Source of the DNA: Octopus vulgaris
Taxonomy: Eukaryota
DNA: 64,000 nucleotides
NCBI GenBank assembly: GCA_951406725.2
Contig: OX597822.1
Span: 5,890,001-5,954,000, forward strand
Direction: 5' to 3'
The notes below the pieces were generated by a model. That model ran no database searches, had not been told where the DNA came from, and saw nothing but the letters and a program-made list of their open reading frames with translations. Both the position numbers and the translations under genes were made by a program. Positions 1-13,054 of this stretch are shown here, piece by piece; the stretch's first letter is position 1; the number at the start of each line of letters is the position of its first letter.

Positions 1-296
1 ATTTCAAAATGTCTTTCAAGGTTTATGAAAATATTAAATATAAACTTATACAATTGGAATGCAGAATGAAATATTTTCTTTACATTTCAGTTTTTAAATA
101 TATTTTCAGATATTTAAAAATAGATGGCAAATTGACAGTCATTAAAACGTGAGATAAAATGTCATGCTGTATATGTACTGACTCTCTGTATTATGAGATC
201 AAATCCTGCTAAAATCAGCTTTACATTTCATTTATTTAATTTTGAAGGGTATCTCTATGGATTTTTCCATAGAATTCTTCTATAGTCTTTTTTTAT

Positions 297-695
297 AGGT
301 GCAGGAGTGGCTGTGTGGTAAGTAGCTTGCTTACCAACCACATGGTTCTGGGTTCATTCTCACTGCGTGGCACCTTGGGCAAGTGTCCTCTACTATAGCC
401 TTGGGCCAACCAAAGCCTTGTGAGTGGATTTGGTAGACGGAAACTGAAAGAAGCCCATCGTATATATGTAAATATGTGTGTGTGTGTATATGTTTGTGTG
501 TCTGTGTTTGTACCCCAACATCACTTGACAACCGATGGTGGTGTGTTTACATCCCCATAACTTAGCGGTTCAGGAAAAGAGACCAATAGAATAAGTACTA
601 GGCTTCCAAAGAATAAGTCCCGGGGTCGATTTGCTCGACTAAAGATGGTGCTCCAGAATGGCCACAGTCAAATGACTGAAGCGAGTAAAAGAGTA
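297..695 (+). mobile_element. tRNA-derived SINE, family A (~400 bp, internal TA/TG microsatellite, GAGTAAAA tail)
   Basis: A-box-like TGGCTGTGTGG, B-box-like GGTTCA, CORE-like CCTTGGGCAAGTG; more than 12 near-identical copies in the window. Confidence 0.9.
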
Positions 696-948
696 TAGAA
701 TTATTTGTAAATAAATACATCTATGTAAACAATGTGACTGAAGATAGACAAAATTGGTGATAAGCATACATGCATATTTCAAGGATTATTGTTCGTTCAT
801 CAGCACCTCATCTCATCCTTCCAGCTATCTACGAACACTTTGCTTAATTGTCCACAAGGTTTAGTAGTATAACATGAATGGAGACACAGTGTTGTCTTAT
901 AAACCTATGGTATACTTAGTAGTATATTATGATTACAAAACAAAATAC

Positions 949-1097
949 TGTAGCCTTGCCAGCAACAAAATTTTGTCCATTTGAGATTGATTTAAAAAGT
1001 ATGAAAGTATCAATCCAGAGTGGGGACAGATGAAATTGTAAGAACATCAGACCAAATGCTTGGATACAAGGTGGTATTTGTATTGACTTTTGCATTC
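949..1097 (-). CDS. Candidate internal exon of an unidentified gene (MQKSIQIPPCIQAFGLMF...GKAT)
   Basis: Open frame in apparently unique sequence; AG/GT ends phase-compatible with the 8837-8992 exon, but both splice sites are weak. Confidence 0.2.
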
Positions 1098-1439
1098 TGA
1101 TTTCAAACCCCACCATTGCTTGCTTATATATGATAGACTTAGATCATCAAACAATTTAATACCACAACTTGGCCCTCTGTGAGTTCACTTATGTGGTGAG
1201 CACCCAAGAAATGTCCTTCCCCGCTATCAAACTTGGTAACCTTGGAAAGAGATATGTGTATTGTCTTCCCTCTTGAATGAAATATCAAAAACATTTTAAT
1301 TGAAAGTTATTAAAAAAAAGAAAAACTCATATGAATATCATATCGTCAACGTCATAACACGCTCCCTTGCATTAATATTTTGCTATAAACATTAACCAGA
1401 AGAAACAGATTGATCAAGAGTAGTTACAGTATCAGTTGA

Positions 1440-1993
1440 GTCTCACTGGACAAGGTGCTTAGTGGTACTTCATTCATCTTCTTCATGTTCTGGGTTCAAA
1501 TTTTACTGTGGTCGATTCTTTTTTTCCTTTCATTCTTATGAAATTGATGAAATAAGTACCCTTTCAGCACTGGGGTTGATGTAATCAACAATCAACTGAC
1601 CCCGCTCCCTTAAAATTTCAGGCCTTGTGTCTATAGTAGAAAGGAAAAGATTATTAGTTGAGCCCTGTCCATTTTTATATTCTGATTTCAAATTCTGCTG
1701 AGGTTGACTTTGCTTTCCTTCTTTCGGGGTTGTCGAAATAAATACCAGTTGTGTACTGGGGTTGATGTAATCTACAAGCCCCCGTTTCCCAAAAGGATGA
1801 ATGGCATTTTGTCCATTTTTATAATTCTAATTTCAAATTCCGCTGTGGCCAACTATGCCTTAGCTCCTGTCAGAGTTGATGAAGCAAGTACCAGTTGTGC
1901 ACTGGGGTTAATGTAATAAACAAACCCCATCCCACAAAAATTTCTGGCCTTGTACCTATAGAAGAAAGGAAAAGATTATTAGTTGAGCCCTGT
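1440..1993 (+). mobile_element. Cluster of old family C (Nin/Deu-domain-like) SINE fragments
   Basis: Repeated decayed GTTCAAATT...CTTTCATCC...AAGTACCAG motifs; 29-bp direct repeat AAAGGAAAAGATTATTAGTTGAGCCCTGT near 1641 and 1965. Confidence 0.7.
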
Positions 1994-2348
1994 GTTATTG
2001 CTAATGAGATCAAATCTTATATTGTTGGTGTCTGATGAGGCTGGATCTAAGAAAGAGAATTTAAATACTTCGAAGTTGTGTTTATTTCTGGAAAACGATC
2101 ATATGTCTGTGTGGTCAAGAAATTAGCTCTTGATCACAATGTGTTGTAATTTGGGCATGCAACCATAATTGTAGCCTCATTTGGAAGAGAGTACAATTTG
2201 GTGGACAGAAACTGTACAGTAGCCCATTGTATGTATGCATGTATGTATGTATGTATGTATGTGTGTATGTAGGTATGTAGGTAGGTATGTAGGTATGTAT
2301 GTATGTATGTATGTATTTTATATATTTACTCATGCACACACACATATA

Positions 2349-3647
2349 TTACATTATTCCATAAATAATAATGTGTTTTTCAATTGCATGAACAAAAAGT
2401 TGGAGGGGATGGGATAAACTACCTGCATCAACTTGCTATAGAAGCACAAAGTAATTTTACCTTGTACTTATTCTTAGTGCAAGTTTTGAAGAGTGCAGTT
2501 CAATTTTAACAGTTATTTTTTCAAAGCTATAATGGAAGTGACAAAGAAGCATATTTGGCATATTTTGCTTTATGTGTTTAATAAAGGCAACAACACAATG
2601 GAAAGTGAGAGGAATATTAATGCAGTATAAGGGGATCGAACAATAAGCATAAGTCTATGTCAATGGTGGTTCCAGAAATTTTGAGCTGGAAACTACAGCC
2701 TAGAAGACGAGCCTCATGCTAGAAGATCTGTAGAGCTCAACAAAGACATCCTGCCAACCCTAGTGGAACAAAATCCCATCATAACTGTTGAGGAACTAGC
2801 AGAGAAGCTTGGATTTGGTCATTCAACCAGTCATTGTTACGTGTGTACCATCATGAAAGTTGGCAAATTGGGTCAATGGATTCCTCACAAATTTTCCAAA
2901 TCTAATTGTGTGCAGAGAGTGAATGTGTGCTCTTCTTTTCTGTCATGCTTCACAGATGAACCATTTTTGGACTGAATAGTTACTGGTGATGAGAAATGGG
3001 TTCTCTATAAAAATGTCAAGTGCCAAAGACAGTGGACAAGGAAAGAAGAAACAGCAGTAGCCCAGGCTAAGGAAGGTCATCATCCATATAAGGTGTTATT
3101 ATCTGTTTGGTGGGATATGAATGGTTTAGTCCACTTTGAACTATTAAATCCAAACCAAATGATAATAAAGGATATCTACTTGAAGCAGCTTGAGTGACCT
3201 AAGTCAGCACTAGAAGAAAATGACCTTTCAAGATTAAAGGTGTTCTTCCATCAGGATAATACTCGACCACATACAATGAGGATGACATTCCAAAGGCTGG
3301 AGCAATTTAAATGGAAAATGATACCCCACACACTATATTTGCCAAATATTGCCTTATCTGATTATCATTTATTTATCCAGGAGAAATAGTTAAATAGTTT
3401 TCAAAATTATTTGGATGGAAAAAAATGTGAATTATGTAGATGAGGTCAGAACAATACTGGAGGAGTATTTTTTGTAATGGACAAATGGATTTTGGAAGAA
3501 GGGCTTTGCAAGTCTTCCAGATAGATGGAAGAGCATTGTAGAAAATGAAGGAGAGTATATATTAGAATAAAAAAGGACTTTGTTTATCTTAGTTTTGAAA
3601 AATAAAAGAAGTATAAAAAAACCTGCATTACTTATGTGATGACCCAA

Positions 3648-3648
<1 letters not shown>
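2349..3648 (+). mobile_element. Near full-length defective mariner (DD34D) transposon
   Basis: Degenerate ~30-bp TIRs at both ends; encloses the transposase pseudogene below. Confidence 0.9.
2532..3570 (+). pseudogene. Mariner transposase pseudogene
   Basis: MEVTKKHIWHILLY start, WIPHK, IVTGDEKWVLY, VWWD, HQDNTRPH and NIALSDYHLF motifs; several stops and frameshifts. Confidence 0.9.
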
Positions 3649-3679
<31 letters not shown>

Positions 3680-4331
3680 CATGTGTGTATATACATACAT
3701 ACATACATACATACATACATACATACACACACATACATACACACACACATACATACACACATACATACATACACACACACATACATACACACACATACAT
3801 ACATACACACACACATACATACATACATACATACATACATACATACACACATACATAAATACATACATACATACATACATACATACATACATACATACAT
3901 ACATACATACATACATACATACATACATACATACATACATACATACATACATACATACATACATAAATACATACATACATACATACATACATACATACAT
4001 ACATACATACATACATACATAAATACATACATACATACATACATACATACATACATACATACATACATAAATACATACATACATACATACATACATACAT
4101 ACATACATACATACATACATACATACATACATACATACATACATACATACATACATACATAAATACATACATACATACATACATACATACATACATACAT
4201 ACATACATACATACATACATACATACATACATACATACATACATACATACATACATACATACATAAATACATACATACATACATGCATACATACATACAT
4301 ACATACATACATAAATACATACATACATACA
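3646..4331. repeat. (TA)n/(TACA)n microsatellite
   Basis: Directly visible. Confidence 0.99.
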
Positions 4332-4646
4332 TGTTTGGTGATGCAAACGTAAAAAATAGAACTCAAAACGCAAGTATGTATATGATTTTTATCGATATTT
4401 GGCAGAAGTAACAGAGTTATTCAAAGACTGAGGATTGTATGTACTAGCACTTATCAAACACACATAGATTCACACACACAGAGTTGTTTATATATATATA
4501 TATATATATATATAAACATAATTATACATAAGAAGCTGTTCATCATTTTTCCAATCCAGGAGAAATAGTTAAATTTGCTCGACTAAAGGCAGTGCTCCAG
4601 CATGGCCACAGTCACATGACTGAAACAAGTAAAAGAGTAAAAGAGT

Positions 4647-4697
<51 letters not shown>

Positions 4698-4714
4698 GTA
4701 TATATGTATATATA

Positions 4715-5786
4715 TACCTCGCTAAGATAAGTATTTATTTATTTATATTTAAGATCTTTAAATTGTAAATTTTAATATTGTATAAGTCTTTGGTGTAATA
4801 ATATTTTCCTTATGTAAATATTGTTGTTTATGTAATGATCTAATTATCGTAATTTTCTATATTATTAGATATTAAATTTAAGTTTATTCGTAAGATACTA
4901 CTTAGCGATAGATTTATGTTTGATAGTAAATATACGAAGTGTCTAAAGTTAGGCTTTTGTATATACATGTATTAATAGTATTAATTGTAGTTTTAAATTT
5001 CTTATAATTAAAATTAGATAAACTTTGATAAACTTAGATATGTTTCGACTAAAGATTGGTCCAGGTTATGTCTAACTTAATAGCATAACTTAGTTATTGT
5101 CTTTTAAAATTGATATTCGCTAGTTATTCCCATTGATAATTATATTTATAGTATTTATTCGATGCTATATAACTACGAATTGATTATTTCTATTAGTATT
5201 TTACATAAGATTTCCGAAAGTTCCTTTAAGTTTGTTTGTTTGTATTTTTGAAATTAGCTATTTCATCTTTAAATATGAAAAATTAATTTATTAGGTTTTT
5301 ATTATATGTACATATATATTTATTTATAGAGATTATTTTAGTTCTTAATTATAATATTTATATACATTTATATATTTTCATTGATAATTTATATATAATA
5401 GTTATTTTTTATTTTTTTAAAAATATTTATGTAATTAGATATAGACTATTACCGATATTAAATTATTGGTGGGTTTCCTACCTTATAAATTAAAATTAAT
5501 ATTTAACATTATAATTGATTTTGATATAATCATAATTGTTAAGTTTTAAGTTTCTAGTTTGATAATAGAGTTTATTATAAGTAAAATTATTATATCATTT
5601 ATATCTTAAAAATATTGTTTAAATATTTCTGATTATTTTTAAAATATTTCAATTAACCTGAAGATTGACTGTAACCATAACTCGAATTATTAATTGAATT
5701 AAAATTATTGTTATTCGAATTGGTATAGCCATGAAACGATCGTAGTGTTTTACGCTTTATCTTTTATTAAACTTTTAATACTTTTG
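4715..5786. mobile_element. Extremely AT-rich (TA)n-flanked insert, probably a decayed Penelope-like element or pLTR
   Basis: Bounded by (TA)n on both sides; carries an HHR-like motif near its right end. Confidence 0.45.
5655..5749 (+). ncRNA. Degenerate type I hammerhead ribozyme with long stem II
   Basis: CTGAAGA (5658-64); imperfect stem II (TGACTGTA..TCGAAT / ATTCGA..TATAGCCA); GAAA (5733-36); palindromic ACGATCGT then A; stem I weak. Confidence 0.5.
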
Positions 5787-5824
5787 ATATATATATATAT
5801 AAAAAAATAAAAAATTTAAAAAAA

Positions 5825-5855
<31 letters not shown>

Positions 5856-5897
5856 ATTAATTAATTAATAAATAAAATAATATATAAATATAAAAAT

Positions 5898-5932
<35 letters not shown>

Positions 5933-6162
5933 AATATTTATAAGTTTAAATTATTTAAATAATTTTTTATTTTTAACTTTTATATTTTAAATTAATTTTA
6001 TGTATTGGCTTATGTTTTTCACTGTTTGATTTGCCTAATAGTGGTTTTATCTCTAATTTAATATAATATGATATAATATATTTATACTATAAAATTGGAT
6101 TTAATCCTAAATCTCATTTTTCCCTGTAAGTTTGGATTTATTCCCTAATATTATTATTATTA

Positions 6163-6219
<57 letters not shown>

Positions 6220-6220
<1 letters not shown>

Positions 6221-6425
6221 TGGATGGTACTGCTGCTACATGCACTGAAATTCTTGATTATATCCAGAAAATGGTCACGCAACTGATTGGCATAGAATCA
6301 CTCGTAGACATACTTCTGCCTCTGGGCCACAGGGGTGTTGTCCTTGCTCTCTACCACTTGTGTAGTGGTTTCTGCTCCTTAAAGCCAAATGGATTTGTAT
6401 CGTTTCCACTGCAAATAGGAGTAAA
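6220..6425 (+). mobile_element. CR1/L2/Daphne-like LINE ORF2 C-terminal fragment
   Basis: LDYIQKMVTQLIG...LLPLGHRGVVLALY resembles the LDRIQxRA...LxxLxHRR motif. Confidence 0.5.
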
Positions 6426-6527
6426 TGGAAAAAAAAATATATATATATACATGGTGATGTATAGATGAAGTAACTTCTGGATAACATAAGCAATGATGAA
6501 AGAGTGAAGTAGAGGGACAAATCTTGA

Positions 6528-6832
6528 ATAATGATGGTGATGATGATGATGACCACAGTGATGATATAATAAAGACAACGAAGAATCTGATGAGGATGAT
6601 GATGATGATGATGACAAGAATGAAGACCATGAAGATTGTGATGATGAAAATGAAGGCAATGGTGACGATGATGAAGGTGATGATGATAATGATGATGATG
6701 ATGAGGATGATGATGATGAGGATGATGATGATGATAGTAATGATGTTTGTGGCGGTGATGACAGTTATGTTGCTATTGAGGTTGACAGTGATGTTGGCAA
6801 TGATGATGATGATGATGATCATCATCATCATC
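6528..6832. repeat. Degenerate (GAT)n microsatellite
   Basis: Directly visible. Confidence 0.95.
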
Positions 6833-7475
6833 GCTGTTTAACGTCTGCTTTCCATGCTGGCATGGGTTGGATGGTTTGACTGAGGACTGGCAAGTCAGGA
6901 GGCTGCACGAGACTCCAATCTGATCTGGCAAGGTTTCTACAGCTGGATGTCCTTTCCAACGCCAACCACTCCGAGAGTGTAGTGGGTGCTTTTTACTTTC
7001 CACTGGCACAGGGGCCAGTCAGGCAGCACGGGTCTTGACCATGCTTGAATGGTGCTTTTTACATGCCACCAGCATGGGAGCCTGTCCAGTTGTACTGGCA
7101 TCGGCCATGCTCAAATGGTCCTTCTTATGTGCCACCAGCGTGGGAGCCTGTCTAACAGCACTGGCATAAACATTGATCAAATGGTGCATTTTACGTGCCA
7201 CTTGCATGGGAGCCTGTCCAGTTGTACTGGCATCGGCCAAGCTCAAATGGACCTTTTTATGTGCCACCAGCATGGGTGCCAGTCAGGCGGTACTGGCATC
7301 GGCCATGACAATGATTTCACTTGATTCAACAGCATATTGCCCGACGATTGAAGGGTACTCTTAAAGGGGCCGGTTATGTGACACTGGCATAGGCCACAGA
7401 TACGATCTCACATGGCTTGCTGGGTCTTCTCAAGTACACCATATCTCCAAAGATCTTGGTTGCTTGCCAGGTCTC
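6820..7475 (-). mobile_element. RTE-type LINE 3' UTR fragment with internal tandem repeats and (TGA)n tail
   Basis: Reverse-complement match to the 3' end of the 18653-20517 element; further copies near 9548, 21661, 30100 and 36180. Confidence 0.8.
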
Positions 7476-7481
7476 CGTCAC

Positions 7482-7702
7482 TGATGATGATAAGGGGAAA
7501 ATGATGACTATGATGAGGACGATGATGACAACCATAATAATGGTAATAATAACATTAATGATGATGATGACGATGATGATGGTGGTGGTGGTGGTGATGA
7601 TGATGATGATGATGCTGAGGACGATGATGTCAATGATGTTGATAATGATGATGATGATGATGATGTTGATGATGATGATGTCAATGATGATGATGATGAT
7701 GT

Positions 7703-7757
<55 letters not shown>

Positions 7758-7860
7758 GGTGGTGGTGGTGATGATAATGATGATGGTGATATTGATGATG
7801 ATGACTATACTGATGATGATGATGATGCCCATTATGATGACAACTACCATGGCGATGAGT
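7482..7860. repeat. (GAT)n/(GGT)n microsatellite
   Basis: Directly visible. Confidence 0.95.
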
Positions 7861-8443
7861 TAAAGTAAGAATTAAGCAACATCTCTTACAAATTATGATG
7901 TTTATATATTAGACAGATCAAAGAAAATATTGAAGACATTCAATCAAGGAACTATAACATTAAACGAATAATTAAGCAAAAAAATCATAAATAAAAAGAA
8001 ATTAGCATAAATTACATATTTATGTACTCAATTAGAGACCCGCTTACATGCATAAAGATTTGCACATATATACAAATATGCATATACATACATGAATACA
8101 GATGCATCTTTTCTATAAACGCACACCGTACAAATATACACACATAACACGTTTACAAATACACATATACACATGTACATGAAAACTTATATATTCTCTG
8201 TAAGCATACGCCATACAAATGGTTACATACAAAAGTAAATAAGTATCTGGACTTTCACATGATCGCCATCATCATCATAATCGTCATCATCATCATGATC
8301 ACCATCATCATGATCATCATCGTCATCATGATCACCATTGACATCAGGATCCCCATCATCATCCTCCTCACCATCGTCACCATCATTACCATCATCATCG
8401 TCATTACCATTGTCATCATCATCACCATCGTTATTATCATTAT

Positions 8444-8793
8444 CTCTCTCTATATATAAATGGCAAAATGTCTGAGTGCATGTCCTTTATACAAATCCAC
8501 AATTTTTCAGTTAGAGAGCTCTCACTTTCTATGGTCATTCAAAACCGTCCAGGGGTGGTCGTGCACATCTTTACATTTTCCCAGTCACCCCGCAAAGCCA
8601 TTAAAAAATCAATAGAAGTGATTTTTGGTGAATTTTCTATCCAAAACCCAATCAAAATGCCTGAAACTTGATACGCCAATTGAATGCCAGATTGGTCGGA
8701 GATATGGTCAGTACTCTTGTGTATGTGTGCACGCACACAGCTGTATATTCATGCACTAGCTCTATGACCCGGCAACGCCAAGTCATAGTGCTA
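8444..8793 (+). mobile_element. Non-autonomous Helitron
   Basis: 5' TC start; 3' hairpin ATGACCCGGC-AAC-GCCAAGTCAT followed by CTAG. Confidence 0.7.
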
Positions 8794-8836
8794 GCCATCT
8801 GTTATTTTTGATGATGACTGAAGAATCCTCACTCAC

Positions 8837-8992
8837 TTGATCAACTGAATTACCTCCCCTTGAATCTTGATAAAGTTCTGGTGTCTCAAAAACTGGTCCT
8901 TCTCTTCTCTCAGAATCAGATAATATTTCTGCCATAACAGCTGCTGGCACTCTGTAAGGGTAAGGGCCCACAGCAGAGTGCTGCCACCACAT
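8837..8992 (-). CDS. Candidate 156-nt internal exon of an unidentified gene (phase-2 frame CGGSTLLWALTLTECQQLLWQKYYLILREEKDQFLRHQNFIKIQGEVIQLI; the phase-0 frame is also open)
   Basis: Acceptor CATTTTAG and consensus donor GTGAGT; length is a multiple of 3; non-repetitive, coding-like composition. Confidence 0.5.
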
Positions 8993-9319
8993 CTAAAATG
9001 GCATTGCTGTGACACAAATAGATGTCCTGAATCACATTCAGATACAGGCCACTTGGCTGATTGGCATTCGTCTATTTACAGCCACATTCCAGTCACTGGC
9101 TGATGCATGTACTGTCTCTTTTCTATTGCTACTATAATGGTCCCTGTTCCCATTAGTTGGATTGTTCTTGTACCTCTCACTCAAGCGGCACTGATTCACT
9201 ATTGATTCTACTTCGTGTCACTATTGATATCCAGCTTTACTTTTCCTGTACTAACTACTATTCCTGGTCCTTTCTTCCCCAAGCATTATTCCTTAGGAAC
9301 TTCTACACATAATGCTAGT

Positions 9320-9537
9320 GCTTATCCAGTTTAGGGTGATAGTACAAGACTTCCCCCCTCTGTCCATTGCAAGGTTGACCCCAAGCACCTCTGGTACTCA
9401 TTTTTAGCTGAGTGAACTGGATCAACAAGGAATGAAGTGCCTTGCATAAGAACACGATGCATAGCCCAATTGAAGAATCGAACCCACCACCTAACAATTA
9501 TGAATCCAATACACTACCCATTAGGCCACATACCTTC
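9320..9537 (-). mobile_element. SINE family B, diverged copy
   Basis: Reverse-complement similarity to 19935-20253. Confidence 0.7.
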
Positions 9538-9547
9538 ATGAATTCAT

Positions 9548-9605
<58 letters not shown>

Positions 9606-10163
9606 TAATGTCCATTGTCCATGCTGGTATAGGTTGGATAGCTTGACCAGGGCTGGCAAGCTGAAGGGCTGCACCAGACTCCAGTCTGACTTGGCATGGT
9701 TTCTATGGCTGGATGCCCTTCCTAATGCCAACCACTCCAAGAATGTAATGGGTGCTTTTATGTGTCACTAGCATGAGTGCTAGTTATAATATAAATGGTT
9801 GAGAATTCCTGAGATGAGTATACATTCAAGATAACCCTCCTTGATATGGAATCATGTTTTGAAACTGATGCTTGAGAGGAACATTTTGCCAAAAAGAAAG
9901 ACAAATGCTTGTTCTATTTCAATCTTTATTTTCATTATTATCATTAGTAAGGCAGTGAGCAGGTAAAATCGTTAGCACAGCAGGTAAAATACTTAGTGGC
10001 ATTTTGTCCATTATTACATTCTGATTTCAAATTCTGCAAAGGTTGACTTTGCTTTTCATCCTTTGGAGGATCAATAAAATAAATACCTGTTGCAAACTGG
10101 AGTTTATGCAATTGATGAGCCTTCTTCCCAAAAGCTTCAGACCTTGTGCTTATAGTAGAAAGG

Positions 10164-10219
<56 letters not shown>

Positions 10220-10220
<1 letters not shown>

Positions 10221-10720
10221 GAGTGAAAAAGCAGTGTATGCCATCAAATTGACACTAGGGTAAAATATATGAAGCCCAGTATACCCATCATGACTACCTG
10301 TCTAATAAGGGTACACCAAGCACAGGCATCACAACCATATGTGTGCAACATGGTGATCTCATATAAAGATAAACAGCACATGACCTTGCAGGTGGGGCCC
10401 AGTTAGAATTTTCTTCTGGTCGAGTAGCCCATCCCACTCAAAAGGTTCCCAAATAAGGGTTGTTTAATGATGTTGAACGAAACACCCATGTTTCCAAAGG
10501 TGAATTATCCAAACCTCTAAGAATCCCTCTCAACACATGGCTATGATGCTCCCCCACTACTTCTGCTCATGATCAGAGATGCACATATCGTCAGCCACTA
10601 AGGGACATGTTCAACTGGTTAAGGTCAAGCAACTGACAAGTAAATCTGTGGTATTAAGCAGAATATTTGCTGTAGCCCATCTTTTATACCAAGACAAAAC
10701 AATGTACATGATATCACTTT
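10220..10720 (-). mobile_element. ~500-bp insert between (TTA)n tracts, possibly an R4/Dong UTR or a dependent SINE; strand tentative
   Basis: Complex sequence bounded by (TTA)n on both sides, adjacent to an R4-like 3' end. Confidence 0.4.
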
Positions 10721-10744
10721 TGTTATTATTATTATTATTATTAC

Positions 10745-13007
10745 TCAGTAGTCTTATTTTTTATCACGTGCTTTCACTACACTACCGAGCACAGCTCTGT
10801 GTGCCTTGGGTTGTGCTATGGTTTATTGTGATGCTCTTATTTTTACTGTATTGAAAGTGTTCTATGTAGGATGTGTGCTGTGACTAGTAGTGCTATTTTT
10901 TGGATGTTACATATACTTGTCAGTCCTGGTGTTTTTGTTATGTATTTGTCTGAATATCTTTTTATCATACGTAATGCATCTGCTATGAAAGGAATTGTTT
11001 CTGCTTTCAGACTCCACATTTGAGTTACCTCTATTTTCAGCTCTTTGTATTTTGAAAGTTTCTGTTTCTTTTAGAGAAACATTGTCATATGTTGGTATTG
11101 CTATATCAATTAGAAAACTTTTTTTTCTTGATGATCTCTGACAACTATATCTGGCTTATTGGCCTTAATTTCTCTGTCTGTGTGTATTGGCATATCCAAG
11201 AGTATGGTTGCTTTCTCATTTTCAGTGACCTTTTCTGGCGGGTGTCTATACCATTATAGATGGTCGATGTGAAGTGTGGTAAAACCATCTAATAACAACT
11301 CTGTTTAGACGGCTGGAATAATACATATAATGTGCCAGTTGGAAAGAGAAAGACACAACCAAATAGAATGTTTGAGAGAATATTTATTGATATGTTAACA
11401 TGTGTGCCTGTGTGTACATCATGTATACAGAATAATATACAGGTTGTCATGAGAACAAAGTGAATGTGTGTATAGGCATGGATGTATGCGTGCATATTAA
11501 GTACATATAAGAATAACAGTAAGAAGACAGTGAAAGAATCTATAATGAGAAGTCAGATGAATGTTCATAGACACAAGAATGAGAAATACCAGTTTGTAGT
11601 CAATAGTACATGGTAGTTGAAATATTGTATCAAGAAGCTGTGGTGATGATGCAGAGCTGGAGTTGTGGTATGTGTCATACGAAGTGGAGGCTGTAATATT
11701 GCTGCCTGAGTCACTTGGTACAAGAGTTCTTGTAGGTTGTATATTTGCTATTAACCATGGTGAAGTAATTCACGAACAGAACTGCATTGAAACCTGGGTG
11801 TGTTACTGTTGGATGGGTGTTGTCGTCTGGCGTTGTTGATGTAACTGGCTGTCTTGTGTGGTCAGGGGCTAGACCTTAAAAAGCTTGGAACCAAAGACTT
11901 TGAGATGAGGCGTGGCTGGGTTTTTATAAGGAGCTGTAGGCTCAAATTGAGTTAAAAACAAGCTGTGTCATGTGATCATATTTAGAGCTCCGATTGGTTA
12001 TACTCTGCAGATTGGCATGACAGAGTAAGAAACGAATTGCACCAATACCAACCAATCAGTGCAGTGGACACAACAGGGTCCAAATAGCGGCCAAAGACTA
12101 GCTGTTATCTGCTACCTGTATATGCCCGTATATCTAATAAAAGGGAGAGAAATTTTCCTAGAGTGTACACTACACCATCTTTATTTCTGTTGTTATTCCA
12201 AAGTGTTGGCACAGCTTCCAGTGCCTATAGGTCGCAACTCTGTCATGTCTGTGAATATATTCCTTCTTAGCCAGGACTGGGCAGCCAGAGACAATATGTT
12301 TTATTGTTTCTTCTCCTATATATTCTGCAGTTAGTTGTATTTCTTTTCACTACAGGTTTTTGGTAATTTCTGATGTGGATCTTTGGTCTTGCACTGCAAT
12401 TAAAAATCCTTCAGTCTCTGCTTTGAGTCCTGAGCTTCTCAGCCATTGCTGGGATTTTGCTTTGTCTTTTACTTTCTTGTTTAGTTTAATCCAGTATTTG
12501 CCATCAAGTGGCTTTCCTTGCCATCACTTTATCGTGATCCGTTGCTGTTTCAGTTTTCGTTTGGATTTCAGTTGTTTTACACCTGTTGTTGTTTCTTCCT
12601 TTTCTTCATAGTCGTTAGGTATTATGACTTCCTCCTTGTATTTGTTAGATTCCTTAAATCTTGAAGACAGTTTTTTTGTTTTGCTCGTGTTTTGTGGCTA
12701 TTTGTATTAGTTTTCCCTGCTTCAGATGTAGATATTTCAGTAGTGCTATGCTGATTATTTTGTAATAGTTTTCTGGCTCTATAAGGACTCTATCACCTTC
12801 CATATGTTGTATAAATAATCTTTCTCTGTCAGAATTTGGATGGTGCATCCTAAATCCTGTCATTATTTTTCTTGTTTTCCTGTCTATTTGATTAGTTCAT
12901 TTAGAGTCCAGTTAAGAATATCGTAGCTGTAACTTATAACTGGGACAGCTAGAGTGTTGATACCTGTTATCTTTTTTTCACGTTGAGCTCTATTTTCAGT
13001 ATTAATC

Positions 13008-13008
<1 letters not shown>
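10745..13008 (-). mobile_element. R4/Dong-clade LINE 3' part (restriction-like endonuclease), interrupted by a solo LTR
   Basis: Minus-strand RMHHPNSDRERLF, HTDREIKANKPDIVV and IDIAIP motifs; flanked by (TTA)n. Confidence 0.8.
11255..12174 (-). mobile_element. Solo LTR (Gypsy-like) inserted into the R4 LINE
   Basis: Ends TATAG (a decayed TGTAG)...CTACA with 4-bp TSD CCAT; the LINE resumes on the other side; TATA- and CCAAT-like boxes at about 11920-12060. Confidence 0.7.

Positions 13009-13054
<46 letters not shown>

Noticed and set aside
2028-2110. CTGATGAG as an HHR core
   Set aside because: No convincing stem II partner followed by GAAA..UH
3432-4373. Long ORFs made of MYVC/HTYI, poly-M/I/H/S or CV repeats (also near 6.4, 7.4, 17, 21, 29.7, 34.1, 40, 50.3 and 59.2 kb)
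   Set aside because: They are translations of stop-free microsatellites
4715-5786. Mitochondrial insertion (NUMT)
   Set aside because: AT-rich and skewed, but I recognised no mitochondrial gene, rRNA or tRNA motif; a BLAST search would settle it
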